Positions 12,435 through 25,281 of a stretch of 64,000 nucleotides of DNA are shown in pieces (the stretch's first letter is position 1; every line of letters begins with the position of its first letter). The notes beneath the pieces were generated by a model that searched no databases, had not been told where the DNA came from, and saw only the letters and a program-made list of their open reading frames with translations. This DNA is from Octopus vulgaris (Eukaryota): the NCBI GenBank assembly GCA_951406725.2, contig OX597820.1, forward strand, positions 103,292,001 to 103,356,000, read 5' to 3'. The position numbers and the translations under genes are program-made.

Positions 12435-12899
12435 AAATAAACTGAGAGAGAAAAAAAATCTTTTGGAATATATATATATATATATGTATGTATGTATATA
12501 TATATATATATATATACAAATATATATATATACAAATATATATACGACGGGCTTCTTTCAGTTTCCGTCTACGAAATCCACTCTCAAGACTTTGGTCGCC
12601 CCGAGGCTATAGTAGAAGACACTTGCCCAAGGTACCACGCAGTGGGACTGAATCCGGAACCATGTGGTTGGTAAGCAAACTACTTACCACACAGCCACTT
12701 CTTCGCCTGTCTAAATTAGAATCAGTAATGTAGCTTTATTATCGAAGTGGGCCACAAAACCCTCTGAAAAAGCGTTTAAACCAACATTATCAAAAATCGT
12801 AGTTGTTATTAACGATTTCCAACCAGTTCTGAGACACTGCATCTACTTTCATGAATACTAACGGGAATAATATTGAAAGCAACCCTGAAAGACACTGAA

Positions 12900-14220
12900 G
12901 TATGTCCTATTGTCCTATTGTCCCTGCTTCTTCATTACCTCCATTTGCACATTTATGACTTGGACTAAAGTACGACCCACCTCAACAAGTGTTCATAATT
13001 TGACCATATTTCTAAACTTCGTCAAAATTAGTATTCTGGGGCGTCCAGAACCTTTTGCAAGAATATCGTCAGTTCTGATATGCCCGTCACATAGCCGACT
13101 CTATCGTAAGCTAGTGATACACCTTTCTTTCAGATAAGCAATTATAGACATTTTACGTTATTTATCAAGGTATCTCAAAATGCAAAGAGCATTCTGGCCA
13201 GGATTAACCACTGTTATAAAAAGCTACTACTAGTGGCTGTAACCATTGTAATATGGCTCTCTCTCAAATAAATGCAGACCTGAGACCGTTACTTTTACCA
13301 GTTAATCTATTTAAGCACATCCATACTGAAAATATCCACTTAAAGATGTCAACTATTTCATCATTGTAAATCGTTGTTCAAATTGGCTTATTGTGACAGG
13401 AGCAGTTAATGGTACAAATAGACTTACCAGTAACTGCGGACATGTGTTTGTTAGTTTGAACATTCCTAATGAATTAGCATCGGGAGAAGGTCCTATGTTT
13501 GCAGTCACTAACATGGGAAGTGTTGAAGAAATATGGTGTACACCATCTACTCTCATCATATGTTTCTCCTCACAGAAGCCCTTGCGCTGAAGCCATACTA
13601 CAAAGCAATCAAATGCTTGACCATCATAAGATGAAACAAAACAGAAGTATCAACACTGATTTGTTTCAGCATGCTAACTTGCAGTAACGAAACACATCAC
13701 ACAGATACCTATTTCTTTACTACAAGGGCTAAACATAGAGTGGACAAAGAAGGACAGACAAACGGATTAAGTCGATTACATCGACCCCAGTGTGTAACTG
13801 GTGCCTAATTTATCGACCCCGAAAGGATGAAAAGCATAGTCGACCTCGGTGGAATTTGAACTCACAACGTAACGGCAGACGAAATACCGCGAAGCATTTC
13901 GCCCGGCGTGCTAACGTTTCTGCCAGCTCACACAGATACCAAGTTCTTACCAGCAAAGCGAAGTTTCGATACACTAATACAAGATTTCATTCCAGTACTT
14001 CTAGCGAAATATTAGCAAAATAACACCAGGAAAGAAACTTTAATTGCCAGTGAAGTGGATCTCCTTAATCGACGTATGAAAGAAGCAGAGTGGTGTATAG
14101 AGCAAATGATTGATTTCCACTCTTTACAATAGATGGTAATGTGCAGCCTCAAAACCTACGTTGGACGCGTATTTCAATTGAAGTAGACGGAAATGTTTTG
14201 AGGGAATACTTGCTTGTAAA
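12900..14220 (+). pseudogene. Ty3/Gypsy LTR-retrotransposon integrase remnant
   Basis: Zn-finger region QGIS..AFWPGLT..GCNHCN; core YFIIVNRCSNW, IPNELASGEGPMF, YGVHHLLSS..PHRSPCAE, FQHANLQ*RNT, IQDFIPVL; decayed and interrupted by a SINE. Confidence 0.85.
13710..13927 (-). mobile_element. SINE family A inserted in the integrase relic with TSD
   Basis: Direct repeat TCACACAGATACC at 13697-13709 and 13928-13940. Confidence 0.9.
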
Positions 14221-15869
14221 AACAAATATTCCTACCTTTTACTCCCTTACCGCTTAAGAGGATATGGGTAATATTTATCTATAATGCTTCCATCCAATCT
14301 GTAAGAGTCTTGCAGACAAAGACCAATAAATAATTATCATTTCAGGATGTAAACAGAATGCCTTGCTGGACAGCATTATATTCTATCCGATCGTTTAGCT
14401 AGTGTAGTGATTCTCTTTGTAAATGACTCAATCGCGGTTCCTTGTTACAAGTCCCGGAAACACTACAGAAAGGACACGAATACTGCCCTTCTTCCTCTGA
14501 CTAAGCTATAAAAATACAACAGAATCAAAGAACCACAATAGCAACATAATCTCCATTAGGTATTAAGAGTTAGGTTTAGGTTTAATAAAACAAGTAGAAG
14601 TTAAATACTAAGATCAACCTAATCGATTAAGCTACTCACCAAAATATCATTCAGGTTTAAAGAGTTGTACCAACTGTTTCTTTTCTTACATAAAGATATG
14701 TTGTGAAAATATTCTAACAACATTTAGAAACGTTAGTGTTGCTATTTCTGGAACGTGCCTCTTTCTAACCCGAGCAATTCATTACGACCAACTTCAAACA
14801 CTGCAAAATTAGTACTTAATTATTACCCGTTACAAACATTGGACAATTAGTAATTAATTATTACCCACTCAGACATTGGACGAACTATCAGAACAGAGCC
14901 CTAATCAATTCATTCAAACATAATCTTATCGACATCGAATTCGTGAATTTGAGTTACAGAAGACACCTAAAGAGCCAGCTGAAACTAACACTAATGCAAA
15001 CATTTATCTCAAATCAATACAACCAGCCAACAACAACTTTCCATCCCACATAGTCAGATTCAGAAATGTCCCAAACCCCATCACAGTTAGCGAAAACTAT
15101 CAAAAAATCTCCAGAACCAGGCTCTATGAAAAATGGAAAAACTGAATGAAAAATTGAATCGCATAAGATAGTTTTATTACCCTAAATAAACAATCAGATT
15201 GCCTAACGCTGCACAGCATAACACCCTAATTATGTTGGTCTTTACCTTCAGGAGTAATGCTTGAAAGAAACTTTTGCTGTTGTAACGATTGATTTACTAT
15301 CTTTTCTACGATCGTAATCCACAAGGACATGTAGCAAGCCTTCTTGTGAAAAATACTGGGCAACATTACACTATGTACACAATTTTGTCCTTGGGTAGCA
15401 ACTGTTATTTCCAATTTGCTTACTCCTAGAAAGTATAAAAAACGGCTAATTTTTCTTTCAAAACTTTGCTCTTTTTTCATTTATTGAATCCTGAAAGAAT
15501 TTCTCTCAACACACGGCTATGATGTTTCCCCGCTACTACTGCTCATCATCAGAGATGCACATATTGTCATCTATTAAGGGACATGCTCAAGTGGTTAAGG
15601 ACAAGCAAATGACAAGTAAATCAGTTGTATTGAGTAGAATATTTGCTATAACGATATTTTTGTTTCAGCAACTCAGCGCTGAATCTGTCTGAAATGCAAT
15701 GGAAAATAGGTCAGTTTCAAATGATTGATGTCCAGGTGACAAAAGCAAAGTTTGAAGGGAATAGCTGTCGTTTCGTTTGATTTCTAGATAGAAGCAAATA
15801 GGAAATAGCTCTTACTGACCAAAGACTAAAAGATTTTAAAAATCTATTGCACAGTGTAATTATTGCTCA

Positions 15870-18600
15870 CTGCCACTCAATAACACCTCGATACATTATC
15901 TTCTTGGGTTGCAGAGTCAATGCGTGTCAGAGTAATTGTTTGGTATGTGGTGTTTATTTTAGCTTATTTATTTTCATTTTGAGATAATTTACGTTTCGGT
16001 CCGTGAAATCTAGGTCTGTTTCATTCCATTCTAATTCTATCGAGCCATATGTTATGGCTGGCATTGAAAAATGCGTTAATGGCACAGATGGTGTTCTTGC
16101 TACCGAGATGAGATTTAAGCATTTGAAAAATTCTGTCAAAATATTCATTTTTCATTCATGTTTGCACAGCTTTTATTATTCTTCAGGCGTTTAGAAGCAT
16201 TCTGAGGATCATCCCGCTCATTAGTGTTTATGGTTCTCTTCGACGAGGTTTGGGATTTTGCAGGTGAAGCCGATAAGCAAGAGAAAGAGGAGCACAAGCC
16301 CCGCAAAGCTAATTGAGTTATTCTCAAAGTCTGACAAGAAACGCATGGATTTCTTGAATGTGCCACAATGGACTTGGATAAACTACATCGGGTTATCCAG
16401 CTATAAGGTTTTTGTTAGGTCAGAGGATATGAATGACATGCCATGTTTACATTTCGGGTAATTAGCAATCTCTCTTAGTGAGAGTCACGGTAGACAGTCA
16501 CAGTAGACATTGAAGGTGACCCTATTCTCCTATAAATAGTCGGGTAAATTATGTCAGAAAAACACTCACTGCCTGCTATCGGATAGCACATATTTACCCT
16601 TGGTTCATAAAATAGAGAATTGTTGTTTTGTTTTGCATTGTTCGAACTGGTCTCTCAATTGTGCAGTCAATTTAGATAATCTAATCAATTACATTTATGG
16701 GATTTGCGATTGTCAAAAATCAGAGGTAAGACTCTTTAAAGAGGACAATTAGAGTACAGTTTATAAGGTCCAGCAAAAAAGTACCAGTATAGAAACAGTA
16801 AATTAGAAAGAGGACTAGTCAGCGGATAAGAAGAGACTTTTAGGAATGAATCGCAGCCAATATCGTAGCAGCAAAGTTTGCGCTCAACCATCTCTTAGGT
16901 GCGAAACACAAAGATTGTGTAATCCAGGTTTAACACATGTCTTTAGAAACAAGGGAGCGATAGCTGTTCGAAAGTCACGAGTATCAGAGATGCAACGTAA
17001 AAAATAAAACCAATTTATCTTTTTACAAATTACAATAAGCGTCTATTATCCTATTCCAGGAAGATGTGAGCGCTTATTTTCTGAGCAGTTTGCCCAACTA
17101 TTTGGAAGAAGCTGTAACATGCGAAAGATACATTTTAATAACGGCTGCTTTGATGGCCTTCCACAACTCTCAGCAAGAGAGGCAGAATGTCGCGCAAAAC
17201 CAGTAACTGTAGTAGAGATACGAGCAGCACCTCGTGGTTATGTAAGTGGAATATTTCCGAGTTTGGACTGTCTGCCTTCACATGCTAGACATATTCCTTA
17301 GGGTCTTGGCGGTTTCTATCGTAAGTGATAGCATACTGAGATCATCAACAATTGTATGGAGGTGACGATGCTGAGGAAGGGCACCGTCATGAGAAACATC
17401 ATTGGTAATTTCGGGACCATAACTGTGTTGAAGATTTTAGTCAAGGAGCACACAAAAAGGTTGGTGCTTGTCATCAATGCCGCACAGATGTGTGAAATCT
17501 TCTGTACACCTATCCAACACCCCACTCTACAATACAGCACTTTGTAAAGGGGGTGGATAGTAAGTCTTTAGATCAATCGTAACTTTTCATGGAATCGACC
17601 ATCGTTATTAGAGGCTCTCCTAAGTGCAGTCAGTTTCAATATAGTTTTCAGAGATCAAATGGCTTTTACGTACATTTCGGTGGTAAAACTAAATGACCAC
17701 ACATAAAAACTCTCTCGTATGGCATAGTTAATCAAGTGCTCCCTCCCTCATCACGTCTATATTAATTGGCTCTTGAGCTACTGCTGCCGAAGTTAGGTAT
17801 ATTATGAGACATTCCGCTCGAAAGCGGACAAATGAGAACCATGTTGGCATACGCAGGAGATGTCACCGTTATGATGTCATGCCTGTTAGAAATTGAACCA
17901 AGTATAAGAAATAGGTGATAACAGAAGCAAACGTTAACCAGGACAAATCGATAGGCTTTCAGCTCAGAAACTGGTTTGATTCAGACTTTAGCGGATAAGA
18001 AACTGGTATAAAGTGGGCTTATTCAGACCTAATTCAGAAATGAGCTGGATAAGAACTGGTATACAGTTATGGGCTGTGTGACCAGCCTAATTCAGAAATG
18101 AGCTGAGAGGAAGATATCCCTGAAAGGCCAAGCGGTAGCTAAAGCCTTCTTACAAAACTTGTAATATATGACCACCTGACTGCCATGTCTTATCTCAAGT
18201 TGCAACTAATCTAACAGAAACATCTACTCTTTTGGCTTTTGTATCATATAAAGAGCATATTTCACTGGTCAGGAAGTCCATCTCTACCAGCATCATTTTC
18301 AGGGACGGTTGGAGATGCGTTGAATAATGGTGCGCAGCAATGCACTGATATTGCAGCTTCTTCAGAGATGGTGATGAACAGGTATGGTCACCATTTGTCA
18401 GTCCTGAGTGAAGTGTAGACGAATACTGGAATGTTGCCAACTGCTCAGTGCTCTACCATTTGGGAAATGCAGCCAGTGAAATGCATCGTTGAATTCCATA
18501 AAGGGTTACTGGCAGACATGAATGCTGCTCAATAAAATGTTTTGTTTATTGGTGAGGAATAACTAATCCGAGTATTACCCGGTAACTATAGAGAAATTAC
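15870..18600 (+). pseudogene. Tx1/L1-clade LINE ORF2 (reverse transcriptase) remnant
   Basis: LPQLSAREAEC..PVTVVEIRAA..PSLDCLP, IGNFGTITVLKILVK..KRL, LDQS, LLALELLL, AYAGDVTV (YADD-like), NVNQDKSIG, ERKISLKG. Boundaries are approximate. Confidence 0.8.
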
Positions 18601-18996
18601 TATTCATAACCTGAGAAGCATTACCAATTTGAGATAAACTCGGCTGGTATGGCCTTGTCGTCATCTAGGCTTGTCTGAAACGCGCACAGAACGATGAAAC
18701 TCTATACATTCGTTTATTTCGGAATATTGCTGACATGTGGCTCTGTGTCGAACAGCTGTTGTTGGCTCTTTATGTTCTGAGTTCAAATTCCGTTGAGGAC
18801 AATTTTGTCTTTCGTTCTTTTGGAGTAGATAAAATAAAGTACGAGTCAAGTACGAGGATCGACGTAACTGACCTATTCTGCTCCCCTTTAAGTTCTGGGG
18901 TTGCGCCTAAATTAGAAATCCTTCTGTTGCTGACATTCTGAGATTCTACTGCAGTATTTCTCTATGATTTATGAGTGAAACTGTCATTATTATTAT

Positions 18997-19998
18997 TACT
19001 AGCGGGACCCGTGAAAATTTCACGGAATGAATGGTAAACTTATTGGGTTATTTCTGAAAACTTTATCCAAAAAACCTGAAAGCGTAGCTTATGGTTTGTC
19101 TGTTTGGAAAGATAGTCGCTCATCGGCTACTCATTGAAAAGTGAAAGAAATTGTAATACGATGATTACTTAATGCAGTTTATATACACTTCAATTACATT
19201 ATGCACAATTTTATAAACTTAATAAACAGTACTCATAAAATAAATATTCACTCTTATTTTTTCATTTTCCCCATAAACAAACAAAAAAAAATATCCCGTA
19301 CATATGATATAACATTTAGTTAAATTACATGTATCTGCTGCTTAAATAAGAGTGAATATTTCACGGAATTTCACTTATGCGCATGCGTTAAGTGATAGGC
19401 GATATAAAAAAATACTTAGTTCAATTTTTAAAAAATACACTTTTCACTATCCGATCACCACCACCTCCATCTCCTCCTCCACCACCACCATCATCATCAT
19501 CTCTCTCTCCTCCTCACTCTCTCCATTCTCTGTCTGTCTGTCTGTCAGTCAGTCTGTCTGTCTGTCTGTCTCTCTCTCTGCCTTTCTTTAATCGCACCAT
19601 CAGAACATCACCTCTCTGCTAAAATTATATCTTTAACTCACCTCCTCTACCTTCAACTAACTTTTTAAACCACGTTATAAATATTACGTTCCCCTTACAT
19701 CACGTCATGGATGCTTCTTTCTCCCTCTTTTTCTTTCTCCCTCTTTCTGTCTCACTCTTCGCCTTATCCTCTTTTTCTCTCACCTTCTTTCTTTTCCTCT
19801 CTTTCCCTTCAACTAATCAGGTGAAAGCGTTACAATTATATTCCCACTACCTCATGTCGAGGACACATGTCTGTCCCTCTTTTTTTCTCCCTCCCTCATT
19901 TCCTCTCTCTCTCTTTTCTTTCTCCCTCTTTTTCTCTAATCACGTGAAAGCGTTACCAACGGGCTAAGTAACGCAATGACAAGCAGAATTATTATAAG

Positions 19999-20000
<2 letters not shown>
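18997..20000 (+). mobile_element. Non-autonomous Helitron/Helentron-like element
   Basis: 5' TACTAGC followed by hairpin ccgtgaaaatttcacgg; internal (GTCT)n; 3' hairpin gcgttac...gtaacgc; ends TATAAGAT within (TTA)n. Confidence 0.55.
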
Positions 20001-20054
<54 letters not shown>

Positions 20055-20267
20055 GGCGGCGAGCTGGCATTTCGTCTGCTGCTACGTTCTGAGTTCAAAT
20101 TCTGCTGAGGTCGACTTTGCCTTCCATCCTTTCAGGGTCGATGGAATAATTACCAGTTACGCACTGGGGTGGATGTAATCGACTAGCCCCTTTCCCCAAA
20201 AAATTATTCAAGGCTTTGTATTTAGAGTAGAACTAATAATAATAACAATGATAATAATAATAATAAT

Positions 20268-20354
<87 letters not shown>

Positions 20355-20619
20355 TATTATTATTACATAAATGTAAGGTGGCGAGTTGGCAGAATTGTTA
20401 GTACGCCGAACAAAGTGCTTTGTGGTATTTCGTCCATCTTTACGTTCTAAGTTCAAATTCCGTTGCGACTTAGCGTTTCGTCCTGTCGAGATCGTTGAAA
20501 TAAGTACCAGCTGAGCACTGATATCCATGTAATCTACTCCCCCACCCCCATGTCCATCCACCTTTTCCAAAATCTCAAGCCTTGTGCTTATTGTAGAGAG
20601 TATTATTTTCCTTTCATCT

Positions 20620-20990
20620 TCCATATCTCTCAATCACCAGACGGCAGTCATGCTGGGGCGCCGCCTCGTGGAACTTTGTAGTCGAATGAATCGACGCCAA
20701 TACTTATTTTTTTTAAAGTCCTGGTACGAATTCTATCGACCTTTTTTGCCGAACCGCTATGTTATGGGAAGGTAGTCAAACCAACACCGGTTATCAAGCA
20801 GTGGTGGGAAACAAACACACACACGCACACATACGACGGGCTTCTTTTAGTTTCCGTCCGCTAAAGCCATTCACTAGGCGTTAGTGGGCTTGAGGCTATA
20901 GTAGAAGACACTTGCCAAAAGTGCCACGCAGTGAGACTGAACCCGGAACCATGTGGCTTGGAAGCAAGCTGCTTACCGCACAGCAACGCT
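20620..20990 (-). mobile_element. CORE-type SINE (family B), diverged
   Basis: Similar to 53497-53955 over head and tail. Confidence 0.8.
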
Positions 20991-21093
20991 TATTATTATT
21001 ATTTTTTTTTCTATAAATGTCTTTGTTTTAAAAATCAATTATGATGGAATATAACAGAACAAAAATATCATCGACTTTAACTAGTGTACTTAC

Positions 21094-21268
21094 ATTGATA
21101 AGTGGACCAGCGAACCCTCCAAATTTTGGAATAGACAGTGGCAGTTTGTCTATTCGGAAGTTTCCATTAAGAAATGGACAATGACATCGTAAATTCTTAT
21201 CTGTTAATTCTTTCGGGCAACCGTATATTTGATATTTTTCCAGACTGTTGCAGATATTATCGTACATG
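21094..21268 (-). CDS. GM2A: GM2 activator-like protein, coding exon 3
   Basis: tttatttctcaag acceptor and GTAAGT donor; 175 nt, phase 2 to 0. Encodes MYDNICNSLEKYQIYGCPKELTDKNLRCHCPFLNGNF...GPLIN, containing the diagnostic GM2AP CHCPF motif. Confidence 0.93.
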
Positions 21269-23367
21269 CTTGAGAAATAAACAAAAATAAAATATTAGAG
21301 GAAACGTTATGAAAAGACCAAAATTAGAAATGGAATTAAATTTACAATCATTCATGCTATTTGTTATAGCTTATTTGTAAACTATTTGATCGAGAACAAA
21401 ATCATGTTTTTCGTTTTTGTATTTTGTTACTTGTGGAGTCTGGAGGAAGGAACCGATCTCATGGCCTTCGCATCCACCCCTAGATCAGTAAGATTGATGC
21501 TATTAGTGTTTCTCTCGAACCTTTGAAAGTCCTGGTTTTATTTCATTTCGCTTTACTATCGTGTAGTCAGTTGCTTTAAATCCATAAATGACTAACCCTT
21601 AAAACTTGACTAAAAGCACGTATATTGGAACATTAGCCTCATTCCTGATCTATATTGTTGTTCAAATTTCCTTCTTCATTTGTTTATCTGTTACTCATTC
21701 AATTTATTTACTTATTGTAATTTACTGATATAACTTTATTGCTATTATTCATTTATTCGATGTATTACAATTATCTGTTCCACACTCTCCGTATTCGATT
21801 CTTTCTCACTTTCTTCATTTTAAAATCTCTCCTTCTCCCCTTCTCACTCTTTTTATATTTGAGTACCTGCTCTCGTAGAGACCTTGGAATTATCTACTAT
21901 AGTACCATCTCTGAGATAGTTTGGTTTCTACAAGCCACTATGAAGCAATTCATCTTGGAGCATCCGATACTCCGAATTGCAAACGGATAGTATAAGACAG
22001 AGGAGAGTCTGCGTAATATACTATGGCCCATTTTCATCTTCTCTGGTAGGAAGACAAACATACCTATCTATTTAACAGCATCATCTGATCCTTAGGAGCC
22101 TTTAGAGGAGCTCGTTTGGTTGCAAGCAGTCCAGCCACACTTTCATTTACTGACGAACACTCCTGCACAAGACGTTCTTTGAAACACAAATCTCTCCCTC
22201 TCTATTGCTAACCCTCCTTTGGCTTTCAGGATAATCTCTATAATCAAACTTTGCTGCGTTAGATGCTGACTATAGTTTCTACTTGAGATCCTTCAATTAC
22301 CATAGGATATAACTTTATGTATTGAGAACATATATTCCATCTCCCTCTCTCCCCCTATCTCTGAATTCTTCATGCTATGTGACTTCAAAGATCACAACTC
22401 TTCTTGGATTTCTCATTTTAGTATCCACACCTATCTGTATCCCTGACATTTCAACTACCTTACATCTCTTTTTTCAACCAAACAAGACTTTACCAGGCTT
22501 TCACAATTTCTGTTCCCATCGGATCATCCATTTACTACCTAATAAAAGTATACACCTTACACCACTCTACTAAAGCACCTATTTTACAAACCCTTTCGTA
22601 CCGTAAGTAATCTAACTTAGTGGAGCTTCCCTAGTTCTTTGGTATCACTCGTTTAGATGTCTTAGTTAGGTATGTGGAGGTGCACATACTCATCTATGAT
22701 CCCATTACATATGTCCTGTCACATTCCACTCAAAACCAAAGCTCGTTACTTCCCTGTTTACACATGAGTTTGTCTACAGTTGTCCAAAAGCAGTACGGGA
22801 AAAGTGCATTGCAAATATTGCTTGAATTTAATCTGTGAGAACTTTATCTCCATCAAAACACCACCAAGAAACCCACCAGAAATATCATAGATGATTTTGT
22901 GCACCATCCAGCCTGCATCTCTCTCATCTCTTAAATTACAACAGAAACTTCTAGTCTATTACCAAGAAAGGTTCTACTATTATTTAGAATTAGGTATCCA
23001 TCATTTCGCAGCCAAGATGACTCTGTTTAGCAATTTTACTGATGAAGAAGGCATCGTATTTACCTTCAATCCAGTATTGCATAAACACATCAAGACTCTT
23101 CTCAATTCATATGTATGTACAAGTAGAGACATAAGGAGAGAGAGAGAGAGACGCATATTTATCTATCTAGCACTAGACACGCGTACATACACGCGCGCGT
23201 GTGTCTGCGTACATGTACATACACTTACGTGTGTATATATTATAAATTGATAAAATATGTACCAGACTTTAAAAAGAATTAAGTACTGGAGTCAATTCGT
23301 TCGACTAAAATTCTTCAAAACGGTGGCCTAATATGGCCGCAGTGTGAGGCCTAGACAGACAGACAGA

Positions 23368-23706
<339 letters not shown>

Positions 23707-24328
23707 TTATACGCACACGTGTGTATGTGTATGCGAGTGTAGGTGGGTTTGGGTATCATATCATCAGAATTGCATCACTTCAAGTTTCACAGTAGTGAGA
23801 AAAATACTTTTGATCGTTCTGATGCTCGCTTCTCTGCCAATAAACACACACACACACACACACACACGAATCGAGAGTTATCTACAACTTTTCTTGTCAA
23901 GGTCATAATCGTATGATTCAGTTTCAATTTTTTTTTTCGTGTGTGTGTTTATGTTTATGCATGTTTTGCATTCATTTTAAATTTTATTTTATTTATCACA
24001 TTTTTTTTTTTTGACAAATATAAAATAAATATCCAGCGACATCTTATCCCTGAATGAAATGAATTTAGTGCAAATGCCTTAACGTTGTATATGAAGAAAA
24101 AAACTATATTCTATAATTTAACTATAAACTAAATTTGATAGACACTTCGGTGAATCGGTTGTGTTTAAATATTTAGCATGTGTGTGAATAGCATTTCAAG
24201 ATACTTGCTATTCTACAAACCTATCGCTGCATGACATTGTCAAACAGAAACTATCAACTGACATTGATTGTGCTCGGGTTATTTTCTTACATTTTATAGC
24301 ACAAGGTTGTACAATTGTCTGGAAAGAT

Positions 24329-24790
24329 TGTTTAGTCAATTGAATCCTCTCCACCATATGACCTGCTGTTTAACCTCAGACCAGTTACGATCAAATCTGA
24401 TGGTTTATGAACCAACGTGTTGAAGCCTCATCACTCTGTCAGTTCTTGAAACATGGTGTGCTCAGAATTCACTTTGTATTTTAAAGGGGTAGAGTGTGGT
24501 TTCAGAGATTTAAGACACCTGTTTAGTCAATTGAATCCTCTCCACTGTATGACCCTATAGGCTGTAGGGTATGATTTGAAGGATTTCAAGCTGCTGTTTA
24601 GTTAATTGAATCGTCACCACTATATGACCTGTTGTTGTTTAATCTCAGACCAGTTACGATCAAATCTGATGGCTTATGAACCAAAATGTTGAAGCCTCTT
24701 CACTCTGTCAATTCTTTTAACATAGTGTACCCAGAATTCGTTTTGTTTTTCTAGGGTGGTAGGGTGTGATTTCAGGGATTTCAGGCAGTC
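24329..24790. repeat. Imperfect tandem duplication of an interspersed-repeat fragment
   Basis: tgtttagtcaattgaatc...tatgacc occurs three times; cagaccagttacgatcaaatctgatgg occurs twice. Confidence 0.8.
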
Positions 24791-24821
24791 ATTTCTATCT
24801 AGACAGAACGAGCATTTACAG

Positions 24822-25281
24822 CAATGGTTCTCAACCGGGGTTCATATGACCCTTTGGAGTCCAATATAAGATTTTGTTGTTATAATTTATGTGCAATAAA
24901 TTGGTCATACATTTTTAAAAATACAGTTTCTACAAATATTCAGTTATTAATATACAATAAGGTCTTCTGCGATAAATGGAGAAGCGATGATGAGTCACAA
25001 TTCTGTAAATAATAATAATATTTATAAACTTAAAGCTTATAAGCGATCACCGTGTATTGACTAGAGAAAAATAATCGAGTCCACTTTTTCCGTCGAGGGC
25101 TTATATGCCTCAATGCTAAACTATTTTCTGTTGTCAATACACGGTGATCGCTTATAAGCGTCATAAATATTATTGTTATTTACTGAATGAGGTTTTTTTA
25201 CGCATCGAAAGGCTATGAGGATCCGCTTGCGTAAAATGAGGATCAAAGGGTCCACCGAGAAAAGATGGTTGAGAATCCCTG
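24822..25281. mobile_element. hAT (Charlie-like) MITE with 8-bp TSD
   Basis: TIRs CAATGGTTCTCAACC / GGTTGAGAATCCCTG; TSD ATTTACAG at 24814-24821 and 25282-25289. Confidence 0.9.

Larger units (their letters stand above)
11690..12710 (-). mobile_element. CORE-type SINE (family B) split by three ~190-bp hammerhead-bearing repeats
   Basis: SINE tail at 11690-11733 and 11930-12115, SINE head at 12540-12710; inserts at 11731-11918 (+) and 12118-12468 (two tandem copies, -). Confidence 0.85.

Noticed and set aside
14230-15230. Possible additional LINE remnant
   Set aside because: Only faint motifs (LQTLQN); it cannot be supported without a database search.
21850-23100. Possible very old Penelope remnant with CTGACGA/CTGATGA boxes
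   Set aside because: No recoverable ORF motifs or complete ribozyme fold.
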